A DNA stretch of 32,000 nt from an uncultured Candidatus Neoarthromitus sp. Its GTDB lineage: Bacteria; Bacillota; Clostridia; Clostridiales; Clostridiaceae. This document shows, one piece after another, positions 1-8,739 of this stretch (position 1 is its first letter; every line of letters begins with the position of its first letter). Position numbers and translations under genes: made by a program. The stretch lies in assembly GCA_937890765.1 (NCBI GenBank), contig CALADQ010000026.1:131368-163367 (forward strand). Reading direction: 5' to 3'. A model generated the notes under the pieces. The model did no database searches. It worked only from the letters and a program-made list of their open reading frames with translations, and had not been told where the DNA came from.

Positions 1-51
1 ATATTTTTCATTATTTAGAACTGGCATTATTATTGAAACTAATTTATCCAA
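1..51 (-). CDS. Family 2 glycosyltransferase, N-terminal fragment (gene continues off the left edge)
   Basis: The reverse complement of 1..57 translates to L-K-L-D-K-L-V-S-I-I-M-P-V-L-N-N-E-K-Y. VSIIMPVxNxEKY is the typical GT2 N-terminus. A TTG at 51..49 lies 9 nt after GAGGTG (rc of 61..66), with an alternative TTG at 57..55. The in-window part is too short for the ORF track. Confidence 0.5.
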   Translation of the reverse strand, partial: MDKLVSIIMPVLNNEKY

Positions 52-148
52 TTTCAAATACACCTCTCAATTTTTATTTTCTCACATTATTATTATTTAT
101 AAATAAAATATTTATATACTTATATATTTAATTAAACGAGGTAATTAA

Positions 149-1282
149 ATGAAAATTGCAATTGATATAAGAGGTGCAAACATTTATCACGGCACAGGCA
201 TAGGAACTTACACAAAAAATTTAATAACTCATTTGCTTAAAATAGATGAGAAAAATTTTTACGAACTTTTTTGTTGCGGGCGAAATGTAAAACAATTTAA
301 AAATATAAATTCAAATGTTAATGTAATATCACGCAAGCAAAATTCGTTTTACGCACAAAAATTTATACCGAATATTTTGAAAAAAGGAAATTTTTCATTG
401 TTTCATATGCCTCAAAATGGAATTGGCTTTCAAGATTTTTTATCAAACAAAATTTTTAGAAGTGTCGTTACAATTCACGATTTGATTCCATATTCATTGC
501 CTCAAACCGTTGGACAATCATACTTAAAAAATTTTTTGAAACAAATTCCATATATAATAGAAAATTCATCAGCAATTATAACAGTTTCCAATTACTCAAA
601 AAATGAAATCATTAAATTTTTTAACGTAAATCCTGAAAAAATTTTTGTTACACATCTAGCGGCTGATAAAATTTTCAAACCATTGGACATAAATTTATGC
701 AAAGATTTTCTTAAAGAAAATTACAAAATAAATTACGATTTTATTTTATATGTCGGTGGTTTTAGCAAACGAAAAAATTTATACAATCTCATCACTGCAT
801 TTAAATTCGCTTACAAAAATTTTAAGACACCAAAAAAATTAATTTTAATTGGGAACATACGTGAAGAATTTAAATCTATTAAAAAATTAATTTGTGAATT
901 GAATATTGAAAATGAAATTATATTTTTAGGATTTGTACCTGAAGAAGAATTGCCGATATTTTATAATGCTTGTTCTTTTTTCGTTTATCTTTCATTATCT
1001 GAAGGATTTGGCCTTCCATTGCTTGAAGCCATGAGTTGCAAAAAAGCAATTTTATGTTCAAATTCGACATCAATTCCTGAAATAACACAAAATTCATGCT
1101 ACAGCATCAACCCTTTAAACATTTATAAAATATCAGAATCAATGTGCAAAATATCAAACCAAAAAATCTTGAAAGAAAATTTGGAAAATAAATCTTATGA
1201 GCATTCTAAAAATTTTTCTTGGGAAAAGTGCGGTGAAGAAACTCTTAAAGTGTATAAAAAAGTTTGTGAAAATATTTATTAA
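149..1282 (+). CDS. Family 4 (GT-B, Glycos_transf_1) glycosyltransferase
   Basis: 377 aa. The C-terminal EGFGLPLLEAMSCKKAILCSNSTSIPEI is the E-x7-E retaining GT-B signature. GAGGT lies 7 nt upstream of the ATG. Confidence 0.85.
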   Translation: MKIAIDIRGANIYHGTGIGTYTKNLITHLLKIDEKNFYELFCCGRNVKQFKNINSNVNVISRKQNSFYAQKFIPNILKKGNFSLFHMPQNGIGFQDFLSNKIFRSVVTIHDLIPYSLPQTVGQSYLKNFLKQIPYIIENSSAIITVSNYSKNEIIKFFNVNPEKIFVTHLAADKIFKPLDINLCKDFLKENYKINYDFILYVGGFSKRKNLYNLITAFKFAYKNFKTPKKLILIGNIREEFKSIKKLICELNIENEIIFLGFVPEEELPIFYNACSFFVYLSLSEGFGLPLLEAMSCKKAILCSNSTSIPEITQNSCYSINPLNIYKISESMCKISNQKILKENLENKSYEHSKNFSWEKCGEETLKVYKKVCENIY

Positions 1283-1287
1283 CCATT

Positions 1288-1320
1288 GCGAGATGTTGCA
1301 TTAAACATCTTGCATTTTTT
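1288..1320 (+). terminator. Rho-independent terminator after the GT4 gene
   Basis: A 10-bp stem (gcgagatgtt at 1288..1297 pairing with aacatcttgc at 1304..1313, one G:U pair) is followed by tttttt at 1315..1320. Confidence 0.7.
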
Positions 1321-1383
1321 ATAAATATTTTTCGAATTATTGGCAAAACTAGCTTTGATTATACATAAAGGAGCTTATGAAAA

Positions 1384-2097
1384 ATGGGACTTTTCAAAAA
1401 AATTATTTTACTAACGTCCATTTGTCTATTTTCATTTTCATCAATTGCAATGTCAATGAATAAAAAATGTGTTTATCTAACTTTTGATGACGGTCCAACT
1501 TTAAAAAATACTCCAATGTTGTTGGACACTTTGAAAAATTTAGAATTGCCCGCTACGTTTTTCGTTGTTGGAAAATTGATTGATGAAAATCCAGAAGTGT
1601 TAAAAAGAATTGCGGAAGAAAATCATTCTATAGGACTCCACACCATGTCACATAATAAAAATAAATGTTACGCATCTCAAGACAGTTTTATAAAGGAAAA
1701 TCTCGAATTACAAAAAATCTTGAAAGAGAAATTCAATATTTCAACGAATATTTTAAGATTTCCATTTGGCTCTCAAAATTTTTATTTAAGAATGGATAAA
1801 AACTTTGTCGACAAATTACATAGAAATTGTTTTAAAGTTTACGATTGGCATATAGATACATTCGATGCTGTTAAACCAAACAACACACCTGAAACAATAC
1901 TTGGAATATGCAAAAAACAATTTGAGGCTCGATTTAAGGACAACGAAAATATAATAATTTTAATGCACACAAACTCAAACAACATTAACACAATTAATTC
2001 TATAAAACTCATTAAAGAATACTTTACAAAAATGGGCTACGAATTTAAAAAAATAACCGATGAAACTCCAGAACTATTTAATATAAAACAAAAATAA
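1384..2097 (+). CDS. Polysaccharide deacetylase (NodB homology domain), secreted or membrane-anchored
   Basis: 237 aa with a hydrophobic N-terminus. NodB motifs are present: YLTFDDGP, GLHTMSH (H-x-x-x-H) and LRFPFG. AAGGAG lies 10 nt upstream of the ATG at 1384. Confidence 0.85.
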   Translation: MGLFKKIILLTSICLFSFSSIAMSMNKKCVYLTFDDGPTLKNTPMLLDTLKNLELPATFFVVGKLIDENPEVLKRIAEENHSIGLHTMSHNKNKCYASQDSFIKENLELQKILKEKFNISTNILRFPFGSQNFYLRMDKNFVDKLHRNCFKVYDWHIDTFDAVKPNNTPETILGICKKQFEARFKDNENIIILMHTNSNNINTINSIKLIKEYFTKMGYEFKKITDETPELFNIKQK

Positions 2098-2118
2098 GAG
2101 GGCACAGCTTGTCCTCTT
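2096..2118. terminator. Hairpin between convergent genes (probable bidirectional terminator)
   Basis: aagagg (2096..2101) pairs with cctctt (2113..2118), with an inner aca/tgt pairing. It sits between the stop codons of the plus-strand deacetylase and the minus-strand 2132..3277 gene. Confidence 0.5.
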
Positions 2119-2131
2119 ATTCAAAACAAAA

Positions 2132-3277
2132 TTAAAAAATATCAAATTCTGACAACAAATCAATGTTTTTAAACTCTTCTGTCTCCATCATTCCATAAGC
2201 AACACTTTTGAAAGCTTCCTCTCTTGATTTAGATTTACCCAATTCTTCATTATACTTATTAACCCAAAACTTCATTCCCTCTTCATCAGCTTCTCTCAAA
2301 AGAAGAACAAAATAAAGAATATCCACAATTATATCAACGTCTTCTGAATCTATATATTCAAATTCCACACTATCAATTAATTTTCTAGAAAATTCGCCGG
2401 AAGTTATTTCTCTTTTATACAATTGATTAATCAATTTTTCTAATTGTACAGTGTCAATTGAATCCAACAAACAATCGAAATAATACATTCCTAAATATCC
2501 CAATGTAATTGCATCATCAGTAATGAATGGTTCAAATTTTTCAACAAAAGGCCCTGCCAATTCCAAAAATCTCTCTTTTGTATCCAAATCCAAAGTCACC
2601 ATAACATTAACGAGCAATTCCGAACTCAATTTAACACTTGAGTTGGCCAAATTCCAAATTAAAGACGAAATAGTTTCAACAAAAGAATCATCAAAATCGT
2701 GATCAGATAAATATTTGGAAACCAAAACATTAACATTATCTTTCAATTCTTTATAAACCTTCATATCTTTTTCATCTAACTTTGAAGGCTCAAAATAATT
2801 TGTGTTTAATATAAGTCTATAAAACTCTTTGTCCATTTCTGTAATTACACTTTTATAAACCGGAGCAAAAACCACATCTATGTACGAATCAATATCCAAT
2901 CCTAAATAATCCAATGACCTTTTAAAAACTTCGCTTAATGACGATTCATAATTCATCAAAACTAAAATGTTAACTGCTTCTTTAAGTTGTTGGTCATTTA
3001 AATTTCTTCCAATCTTTTTGGCATAATCACCATAAGATTTGTAAACAACATCAAAAAATTCTTTATCTGCATCATTATCATTAACTTCTAATTTCTTAGC
3101 TGCATCCAATAACTCTTCGAAATACTCCATATCATCGATTACAAATTCAACAGTTTGCGTAACTGAATTAGTTTTATCAGTTACGGCCGAAGCTTGTACC
3201 AAATTAAATCCTGAAAAACTAGAAACCATTAAGGCTCCAATTAACAATGAAAGATTTTTTAAAATTCCTTTTTTCAA
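2132..3277 (-). CDS. Secreted acidic protein of unknown function with a C-terminal DUF4214-like segment
   Basis: The ORF track starts at 3322. A TTG at 3277..3275 preceded by GAAGG 7 nt upstream gives MKKGILKNLSLLIGALMVSSFSGFNLVQASA/VTDK, a typical signal peptide with an AxA site. The C-terminus LYFVLLLREADEEGMKFWVNKYNEELGKSKSREEAFKSVAYGMMETEEFKN fits the DUF4214 pattern (LY..LLxR.aD..G..fWvn......s......f..S.EF). I recognise no catalytic motif. Confidence 0.6.
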   Translation of the reverse strand: MKKGILKNLSLLIGALMVSSFSGFNLVQASAVTDKTNSVTQTVEFVIDDMEYFEELLDAAKKLEVNDNDADKEFFDVVYKSYGDYAKKIGRNLNDQQLKEAVNILVLMNYESSLSEVFKRSLDYLGLDIDSYIDVVFAPVYKSVITEMDKEFYRLILNTNYFEPSKLDEKDMKVYKELKDNVNVLVSKYLSDHDFDDSFVETISSLIWNLANSSVKLSSELLVNVMVTLDLDTKERFLELAGPFVEKFEPFITDDAITLGYLGMYYFDCLLDSIDTVQLEKLINQLYKREITSGEFSRKLIDSVEFEYIDSEDVDIIVDILYFVLLLREADEEGMKFWVNKYNEELGKSKSREEAFKSVAYGMMETEEFKNIDLLSEFDIF

Positions 3278-3374
3278 TTGACATACCTTCTTTCTAGAAT
3301 TTATAAAAAAATAACCATACAATATTAATGAAAATTTTTAAAATAAATTTCAAAATATCATAAGGTTAAAACCA

Positions 3375-3449
<75 letters not shown>

Positions 3450-3484
3450 AAAATATTTACTTCATTAAATTTGTTAAAAAGATT

Positions 3485-3504
3485 GAGGATGAAAAATCAT
3501 CCTC
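3485..3504 (-). other. Hairpin between tRNA-Phe and tRNA-Cys (partial terminator or processing structure)
   Basis: On the minus strand this reads gaggatga-tttt-tcatcctc (8-bp stem) followed by aatcttttt. It begins 4 nt after the tRNA-Phe CCA end. Confidence 0.4.
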
Positions 3505-3507
3505 ATC

Positions 3508-3583
<76 letters not shown>

Positions 3584-3601
3584 ATAAACAATCAGAAAAA
3601 T

Positions 3602-3678
3602 TGGCGACCCAGAAGGGACTCGAACCCTCGACCTCTGGCGTGACAGGCCAGCACTCTAACCAGCTGAGCTACTGGGCC
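3602..3678 (-). tRNA. tRNA-Asp (GTC)
   Basis: The reverse complement is GGCCCAGTAGCTCAGCTGGTTAGAGTGCTGGCCTGTCACGCCAGAGGTCGAGGGTTCGAGTCCCTTCTGGGTCGCCA. The anticodon loop is CTGTCAC and CCA is encoded. Confidence 0.95.
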
Positions 3679-3708
3679 AACTAACTAATCATTAACACTT
3701 ACAAGGCT

Positions 3709-3737
3709 ATTATATTTTATCTTTAATTTAAAGTCAA
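3709..3737 (-). promoter_or_regulatory. Near-consensus sigma-70-type promoter for the tRNA-Asp/Phe/Cys operon
   Basis: On the minus strand TTGACT (3737..3732), a 17-nt spacer and TATAAT (3714..3709) are present. The predicted transcription start is about 25 nt upstream of tRNA-Asp. The -35 box overlaps the hslO stop codon (3736..3734). Confidence 0.6.
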
Positions 3738-4603
3738 TCTTTTTTTTTATTATTGTACAAGTCTTTGATATTTTTATTTGTGAACTTATATTTTTTATTA
3801 CAATAATCACAAACTAAAATTTCATCATTACCTTCGCTAATTATTTTTTCAAGTTCTTCTTTTCCTAAACTTATCAAAGCTTTTGCAACTTTTTCTCTTG
3901 AGCAATCGCAATTATATTTTAAATTTCGTTCTTCCATAATTTTAAAATCCATATCATCAAACATAAAATTCAAAATATCATTTAAAGTTTTTCCATTTTC
4001 CAAATTTGAAACAATGCTTCCCAAATCTTCAAATCTATACGCTATTAAATCCGATAACATTTCATCAGCACCTGGCATCATTTGCACCATTAAACCAAGT
4101 GAACTTTTTACATTCAAATTTTCATCGAGAACAATTCCGACATCTATAGCTGTTGGAGTTTGCTCTGACAAAGTATAGTAATAAGCGAAATCATCATTAA
4201 TATTTTTTTTGTACAAAGGAACTCTACTTGAATAAGGATTTTTAAGACCTAAATCTTTTACAAGCGTTAAGAATCCATTTCCTATTAAATTTTCAATTTT
4301 AAAATTTTCAATGAAAGCATTTGGATTTGATAAAATTCCTTTTAATGTTCCATCGCCTTTTGTCGTTGCACTCATAAAATTAAGAGGACCATCACCATCA
4401 ATTCTAACTGAAATTGTATCGTGTTCAACTTTATTTGTTGCAGAAATCATCGAAACGATGCTCATAAATCTTCCAAAAACAATTGTCGTCAAGTTGTTTA
4501 ACCCATGAATATTTTTCAATTCGTTACACAAATTTGTGGAATCGCATGCAATTATTCTAATCATTCCATTTTTAGCCATAGCTCTAACAATTTTATCTTC
4601 CAT
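3734..4603 (-). CDS. hslO: Hsp33 redox-regulated chaperone
   Basis: 289 aa. The C-terminal zinc/redox switch is CDCS...(30 aa)...CDYC (CxC...CxxC). Length and overall layout are typical of Hsp33. Confidence 0.9.
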   Translation of the reverse strand: MEDKIVRAMAKNGMIRIIACDSTNLCNELKNIHGLNNLTTIVFGRFMSIVSMISATNKVEHDTISVRIDGDGPLNFMSATTKGDGTLKGILSNPNAFIENFKIENLIGNGFLTLVKDLGLKNPYSSRVPLYKKNINDDFAYYYTLSEQTPTAIDVGIVLDENLNVKSSLGLMVQMMPGADEMLSDLIAYRFEDLGSIVSNLENGKTLNDILNFMFDDMDFKIMEERNLKYNCDCSREKVAKALISLGKEELEKIISEGNDEILVCDYCNKKYKFTNKNIKDLYNNKKKD

Positions 4604-4662
4604 AAGTACCTCTAAAAAATTTTTTATACAATTTCAATTTTATATATTTTTTGTAATTTTTC

Positions 4663-4696
4663 AACAAAAAAAACATCTGTAAAATTACAGATGTTT
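4663..4696 (-). terminator. Rho-independent terminator after the lipoprotein gene
   Basis: The minus strand reads aaacatctgta-attt-tacagatgttt followed by a T-run (tttttttt gttg). The stem overlaps the TAA stop at 4697..4695. Confidence 0.75.
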
Positions 4697-5099
4697 AATA
4701 TATGAGAGAAAATCCATTTGGATCTGATTCCATTTGTCTTCTAACTAATTCTCTTTGATTTGCATCTAGCTTACCTAAATCTTCATCTTTTACGTTTTTG
4801 AAAATTATTATTAAGCCATCTCCTTGTTCAACAATTTCATGATTACCATCAACGCTATATTTAAGTTTAGAACCATCTGCCAAACTTACAATTTCTCCAT
4901 CCGAATATAAACTTTGCGTTTTGTCATTTTGAGCATTATTAAGATCTCCCATAGAAACTTGAGCCTTTCTTGAAGGTCTCGTAGACTGAGGTTTGTTTTC
5001 AACATTGGATTTGTTTGAATTCCCACAAGAAACAAAATTCAATGATACAGCTGAAAGTATTGCCAATGAACAAATTATTTTTGATATTCCTTTTTTCAT
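4695..5099 (-). CDS. Small lipoprotein of unknown function
   Basis: 134 aa. The N-terminus MKKGISKIICSLAILSAVSLNFVSC/GNS has a signal peptide and a lipobox-like FVSC. The mature part has no motif I recognise. GGAGAA-type SD (rc of ttctcc at 5109..5114) upstream. Confidence 0.6.
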   Translation of the reverse strand: MKKGISKIICSLAILSAVSLNFVSCGNSNKSNVENKPQSTRPSRKAQVSMGDLNNAQNDKTQSLYSDGEIVSLADGSKLKYSVDGNHEIVEQGDGLIIIFKNVKDEDLGKLDANQRELVRRQMESDPNGFSLIY

Positions 5100-5130
5100 A
5101 TGTATTATTCTCCTTAATTGTTGTTATGTA

Positions 5131-5168
5131 AAAAATAAAACCATCCAAACAAAATGTTTTAGATGATT
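5131..5168 (-). terminator. Rho-independent terminator after htrA
   Basis: Imperfect hairpin at 5139..5168. Its mismatches on the plus strand become G:U pairs on the minus strand, where it is followed by tatttttt (rc of 5131..5138). This strand asymmetry fits a minus-strand function. Confidence 0.55.
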
Positions 5169-5192
5169 TTATTTTTTGAAATTTACAAAATT

Positions 5193-6263
5193 TTATTCAC
5201 TAATTCTGTAATTTAATCTTATAAGCTCACTATTTCTCAACAGCTGTATTGAAAATTCATTTTGAACTTCTCTTTTTAATTTATTAATGTCATCAACCGA
5301 TCTAACTTGAACTCCATTAAATCCTACTATTATATCACCTGGTATAATTCCAATTTTGTTTGAAACAGAACCACGCTCAACTTCAACAACAAAAACTCCT
5401 GACGAAATTCCAAATCTTTGAGAATCTTTTTGTTTTATATCAACTCCCGCAATTCCCAAATTTATAATTGGCTGGCTTAACTCTGCCAATTTAAGTTGCG
5501 CAAAATCAATAGGTATTGCAAATCCAATTGAATCAACACCTTCAACGCTAATCTTAGCCGTATTTATTCCAACAACTTCTCCATCCAAATTCAAAAGTGG
5601 CCCTCCACTATTTCCTGGATTTATCGCAGCATCAGTTTGTATAAATGTTGAAACTCCATTTTTAGTTTCTATCGTTCTAGATAAACCACTTATAATTCCT
5701 AAAGTTGCACTTCCACTAAACGTTAAATCCAATGGACTACCAATTGCAATAACAAGGTCACCAACTCTCATTTTACTAGATGAACCTAACTTTAAAACCG
5801 TATCGCTTGAAAAATTAGGAGTAGTTACTTCCAATAAAGCAATATCATTTTCTTGGTCAGAATTTAAAATTTTCGCACTAATACTTCTTCCATCATGTAA
5901 AACAATTGTAATATTTGACGCGTTGGAAACAACGTGATGATTAGTTAAAATTTTTGTAGGAGTTATGAAGAACCCACTTCCTATTCCTGTAATTTCATTA
6001 ATGCCTCTATAAGAATTAACAATTGAATTTACTTTTACAGTAACAACACCTGGACTAACTTCTTCAATAACATCCGCTATACTCTTTCCTGAAATTAAAC
6101 TTTGCTCTTTTACAAAAGAAAGTTTTTGTAAACCATCATTATTATTTTTGTGGCTGCCATTTGCACTTCTTATGCTTCCGTATACAATAGTTCCAAAAAT
6201 AAACAAAGATAAAACCAAAGACAGAACTCCGAATTTAATTCGCTTACGTTCCAAAAATTTCAC
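5193..6263 (-). CDS. htrA: HtrA/DegP-family serine protease with a PDZ domain, membrane-anchored
   Basis: 356 aa with an N-terminal TM segment (FGVLSLVLSLFIFGTIVYG). Catalytic residues sit in LTNHHVV (His), NDIALLEV (Asp) and GNSGGPL (Ser). The C-terminus is PDZ-like (GIIPGDIIVGFNGVQV). GTG start. Confidence 0.9.
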   Translation of the reverse strand: MKFLERKRIKFGVLSLVLSLFIFGTIVYGSIRSANGSHKNNNDGLQKLSFVKEQSLISGKSIADVIEEVSPGVVTVKVNSIVNSYRGINEITGIGSGFFITPTKILTNHHVVSNASNITIVLHDGRSISAKILNSDQENDIALLEVTTPNFSSDTVLKLGSSSKMRVGDLVIAIGSPLDLTFSGSATLGIISGLSRTIETKNGVSTFIQTDAAINPGNSGGPLLNLDGEVVGINTAKISVEGVDSIGFAIPIDFAQLKLAELSQPIINLGIAGVDIKQKDSQRFGISSGVFVVEVERGSVSNKIGIIPGDIIVGFNGVQVRSVDDINKLKREVQNEFSIQLLRNSELIRLNYRISE

Positions 6264-6411
6264 AACCTCTCTTCATCAAACTAATAATTATAATTAATTA
6301 TTAACAAAACAACATAATATTATTAAACAAATTGTGTCTTAATATTTATGTAAGTAAAAAATTATTCACAAATACATTATAAAATATTTAAAAATAAATT
6401 TCCACAAATTA

Positions 6412-6444
6412 AAACGAGATTAAAAAATTAATTTAATCTCGTTT
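6412..6444 (-). terminator. Rho-independent terminator after sepF copy 1
   Basis: A 13-bp perfect stem pairs aaacgagattaaa (6412..6424) with tttaatctcgttt (6432..6444). It lies 17 nt downstream of the sepF stop. Confidence 0.65.
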
Positions 6445-6460
6445 GGAAATTTTATGTACA

Positions 6461-6925
6461 TTATTTATTCCACTCTAAAATAGATTTTTTAGAGTCCTGC
6501 TCTTCTTCATCTTTAGAAGTCAATTCAATATTAAAAGGAACAAAAACATATATTCCCTTTTCTATTTCTTGAAGCTCAGCATTCAAAACATAACTAGCAC
6601 CACACAAAAAATCTAACATTCTATGTGCAATTTTTGTGTCTAAGGACGTTGTGTTTATTAATATAATTTTTCTATCTTTCAAATCTTCACATATGTTCAA
6701 AACATCGCTATAAACAACAGGCTTAACAATTCTCATTTTTGTGTCTCCGCCAAAAGCACCGTCATTTTTATTTATAATTGATTTAAAGTTAGTAATTTTT
6801 CCAAAATCTTTATTAGATTCGTTCTTAGTATCCATTTCTTCACTCACTTCATCATCAAACTCAAACTCTCCATCCTTCAGTCCAAAAAAACCCCAAACTT
6901 TATCCGCTGCACCCTTTAGTCCCAT
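6461..6925 (-). CDS. sepF: Cell division protein SepF (paralog 1)
   Basis: 154 aa. It has an N-terminal amphipathic KVWGFFGLKD, an acidic linker, and a conserved core MRIVKPVVYSDVLNICEDLKDRKIILINTTSLD...RMLDFLCGASYVLNAELQEIEKGIYVFVP. GAGGAGGAG SD upstream. Confidence 0.9.
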   Translation of the reverse strand: MGLKGAADKVWGFFGLKDGEFEFDDEVSEEMDTKNESNKDFGKITNFKSIINKNDGAFGGDTKMRIVKPVVYSDVLNICEDLKDRKIILINTTSLDTKIAHRMLDFLCGASYVLNAELQEIEKGIYVFVPFNIELTSKDEEEQDSKKSILEWNK

Positions 6926-7049
6926 AACTTACTCCTCCTCAAAAACAAAACTGCGAAATAATAATTCAAAAATTGCATCATACAAAACTGGTCTATAATA
7001 TTGTTATCCGATTAAATAAAATATATTTGAATTAAAATGATAACATTTT

Positions 7050-7949
7050 TTAAAGGTTAGATATTATATTTTTGAAATATTTTGGTAATTCTGCCTTAAA
7101 TTCCATGTAAAGTTTCGTGCTTGGATGTACGAACCCTATTACTCTAGCATGCAAAAGTTGCCTGCCTTTATAAATCGAATCATTTTTCAAACCGTAAACT
7201 TCATCTCCAACTAAAGGATGTCCAATATGAGACATGTGAACGCGTATTTGATGAGTTCTTCCTGTGTGCAATTTACACAAAACAAGAGAACAACGGGAAT
7301 ATCTTTTCAAAACAACGTAATCTGTTATAGCATTTTTCCCAATCGAAACAACCGCCATCTTAATTCTATCTTTTGGATTTCTTCCCAAATTATTTTGTAT
7401 TCTTCCTCTTGAACTTTTGAAAATTCCATGCACGAGAGCAACGTACTCTCTCCTTATGGAATGCTCTTTGAATTGATTACTCAAAAATTTATGAGCAAAA
7501 TCATTTTTTGCAACTACCAACAATCCAGAAGTATTTTTATCAATACGATGAACTATTCCTGGCCTTTCAACTCCATTTATACCCGATAAATCTTTACAAT
7601 AATACATCAAAGCATTTACCAAAGTATCAGTGAAAACATTTTGCGAAGGATGCACAATCATACCTTGAGGTTTATTTACAATTATCAAATCTTTATCTTC
7701 ATAGACCACATCAATTGGAATATTTTGTGCTTCTATTTCCAAACGAACAGGCTCAATTTCTCCAAAATAAATTTCATCATTTATTTTTGTTTTATAACCA
7801 CACTTTGCTTTCTTTCCATTTACAAAAATTTTTTCACTAGAAATTAATTTTTGAATAAAACTTCTCGTAAAATTTTCTCCCAAATAATCTGAAACAATTT
7901 TGTCTAATCTCAAATCACAATCTTCTTTATTTAAAATAACAATTTTCAT
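7050..7949 (-). CDS. rluD: 23S rRNA pseudouridine synthase, RluA/RluD family
   Basis: It has an S4-like N-terminus and the catalytic motif HRIDKNTSGLLVVAK, plus HTGRTHQIRVH. The ORF track starts at a TTG (7961); I favour the ATG at 7949 (MKIVILN...). Confidence 0.9.
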   Translation of the reverse strand: MKIVILNKEDCDLRLDKIVSDYLGENFTRSFIQKLISSEKIFVNGKKAKCGYKTKINDEIYFGEIEPVRLEIEAQNIPIDVVYEDKDLIIVNKPQGMIVHPSQNVFTDTLVNALMYYCKDLSGINGVERPGIVHRIDKNTSGLLVVAKNDFAHKFLSNQFKEHSIRREYVALVHGIFKSSRGRIQNNLGRNPKDRIKMAVVSIGKNAITDYVVLKRYSRCSLVLCKLHTGRTHQIRVHMSHIGHPLVGDEVYGLKNDSIYKGRQLLHARVIGFVHPSTKLYMEFKAELPKYFKNIISNL

Positions 7950-8020
7950 ATTAATACACAACCTAAATTTATATAAACAAAAGGCACCTTAGGCAAATCC
8001 TCGGTGCGTCCAAAATGATT

Positions 8021-8719
8021 TTATTCTTCACTTACAAAAAACTTTTTTATGTTCTCAAGATCTGAATCAACATCTTCAGAATTTTTAAATCTTGAAACTC
8101 CTTCTTCATCAGAATCAAAAGCTTCAATATCTAAAATACCTGAGCCTTGAAATTGAGCAGACGTATCAGCAACAAAATTATATTTTTCATCTTGAGTAAT
8201 AACTTCACTCTCTTGTTTAAACTCTTCAAATGAAACATCATTTGCCTTATTTATGTTGTAATTTTTAATGAAGTCCTTTTCCAAATCTTCAAAAGTCTCC
8301 ATTTGCACGCTGATAAAATTTCTAAACTTAGCTCTAAATTTCACAAACTCTTGTTTAAGTTTATCGTACTCTTGAGTTATAGAAACAACATCTGTATGAG
8401 CCTTGTCCAAAATCTTTTTTGCAGAATCATTAGCATGCTTTATAACCATATCAGCTTCTTTTTGAGAAGAAACCTTAGCTTGTTCTGCAGCATTTTGAGC
8501 CAATAACAAAGTATTTTGTATAGTCGATTCAATTTTTGAATAATGATCAATTTTTTCATTCATAGCATTTATCTTCTCTTTCAAAAGAGAATTTTCTTTG
8601 AAAAGTTCTTCATAATCTTCAACAACTTGATCCAAAAACTCATCTACTTCTTCAGGATCGTAACCTCTAAGCATTCTTCTAAACTCTTTATTTGTAATAT
8701 CAATTGGAGTTAATTTCAC
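8021..8719 (-). CDS. divIVA: Cell division/polarity protein DivIVA
   Basis: Starting at the GTG at 8719..8717, 6 nt after GAGGTG, gives the canonical N-terminus MKLTPIDITNKEFRRMLRGYDPEEVDEFLDQV. The rest is coiled-coil with an acidic tail. The ORF track start (8728) is 3 codons upstream. Confidence 0.9.
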   Translation of the reverse strand: MKLTPIDITNKEFRRMLRGYDPEEVDEFLDQVVEDYEELFKENSLLKEKINAMNEKIDHYSKIESTIQNTLLLAQNAAEQAKVSSQKEADMVIKHANDSAKKILDKAHTDVVSITQEYDKLKQEFVKFRAKFRNFISVQMETFEDLEKDFIKNYNINKANDVSFEEFKQESEVITQDEKYNFVADTSAQFQGSGILDIEAFDSDEEGVSRFKNSEDVDSDLENIKKFFVSEE

Positions 8720-8739
8720 ACTCTTCACCTCAAAATCTT

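Noticed and set aside
7981-8012. A possible terminator hairpin (gcacc...ggtgc followed by cttttgtttat on the minus strand) between divIVA and rluD.
   Set aside because: The stem is short and interrupted (5 solid base pairs with a large, partly mismatched interior). It is too weak to call and may at most be a leaky attenuator.
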